Shown here: positions 63,777 through 64,000 of the stretch, in pieces | Numbering within the stretch: position 1 is the stretch's first letter | Layout of the letters: each line of letters opens with the position of its first letter | Assembly: GCA_964344105.1 (NCBI GenBank) | Contig: CAYFMD010000002.1 | Coordinates: 2,905 to 66,904 of the forward strand | Length of the DNA: 64,000 bases | Origin: Candidatus Woesearchaeota archaeon | GTDB lineage: Archaea > Nanobdellota > Nanobdellia > Pacearchaeales > GW2011-AR1 | Reading direction: 5' to 3' | Translations under genes and position numbers: made by a program | The notes under the pieces: model-generated | Database searches by the model: none | Told to the model about the DNA's origin: nothing | The model's input: the letters and a program-made list of their open reading frames with translations, nothing else

Positions 63777-64000
63777 TGCAAGATATCTTCCTAGGAATTA
63801 GTTTAGTAATTTTAGTAGTTCTAGTAATATCTTTCGTTATGCGTATCCTCAAACAACCGCTAATTATTGGTTACATTATTTCAGGAATTGTTGTTGGACC
63901 ATTATTGCTAAATATCCTACCAGAAGGTGAAACAATGACTACCTTCGCAGAAATGGGCATAGCATTCCTACTTTTTATCGTAGGTCTACATTTATCTCCC
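63777..64000 (+). CDS. cation:proton antiporter (CPA2/Kef-type), N-terminal fragment cut off by the window end
   Basis: MQDIFLGISLVILVV...PLIIGYIISGIVVGPLLLNILP...GIAFLLFIVGLHLSP, a typical CPA N-terminus. Confidence 0.45.

Overview
The window looks archaeal and AT-rich. It carries eL32, eL19 and eS4 in archaeal gene order, AglB/STT3 with a WWDYGYW motif, prefoldin alpha, and SecY next to a DUF106/Oxa1-like gene. No rRNA, tRNA or CRISPR array was recognised. Layout: (1) about 1-31.7 kb is a dense cell-envelope and N-glycosylation island ending in the oligosaccharyltransferase AglB. It holds an NDP-heptose pathway (GmhA, GmhB, a nucleotidyltransferase, a fused nucleotidyltransferase-GHMP kinase), three NAD-dependent epimerase/dehydratases, methyltransferases, several GT2 enzymes, a GT-C enzyme, an AglH-like GlcNAc-1-P transferase, two radical SAM enzymes and a polysaccharide deacetylase. 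(2) 31.7-34.7 kb holds two large cysteine-rich secreted proteins transcribed divergently from aglB. (3) 34.7-39.9 kb is a tightly coupled five-gene operon: KaiC-like ATPase, an 828-aa heavily sequon-decorated surface protein, a bitopic coiled-coil membrane protein, a SpoIIM/DUF95 membrane protein and a zinc ribbon. (4) Prefoldin alpha is followed by a GC-rich odd ORF and a frameshifted IS6-family transposase. (5) 42.2-57.1 kb is the SecY plus ribosomal-protein superoperon on the minus strand. In it the S3-L29-SUI1 block sits between S5 and L30, two small acidic ORFs are inserted, and many r-proteins carry K/E-rich tails. (6) 57.3-64 kb holds a GHMP kinase, an AI-2E transporter, three more tandem paralogs of the cysteine-rich secreted family and a truncated CPA2 antiporter. 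The most novel-looking elements are the five-member cysteine-rich secreted family with a shared basic-TM-GGITGN(V/A)T leader that flanks the ribosomal cluster, and the ATPase/membrane operon at 34.7-39.9 kb. All functional calls rest on motif recognition by eye and need HMM or BLAST confirmation.
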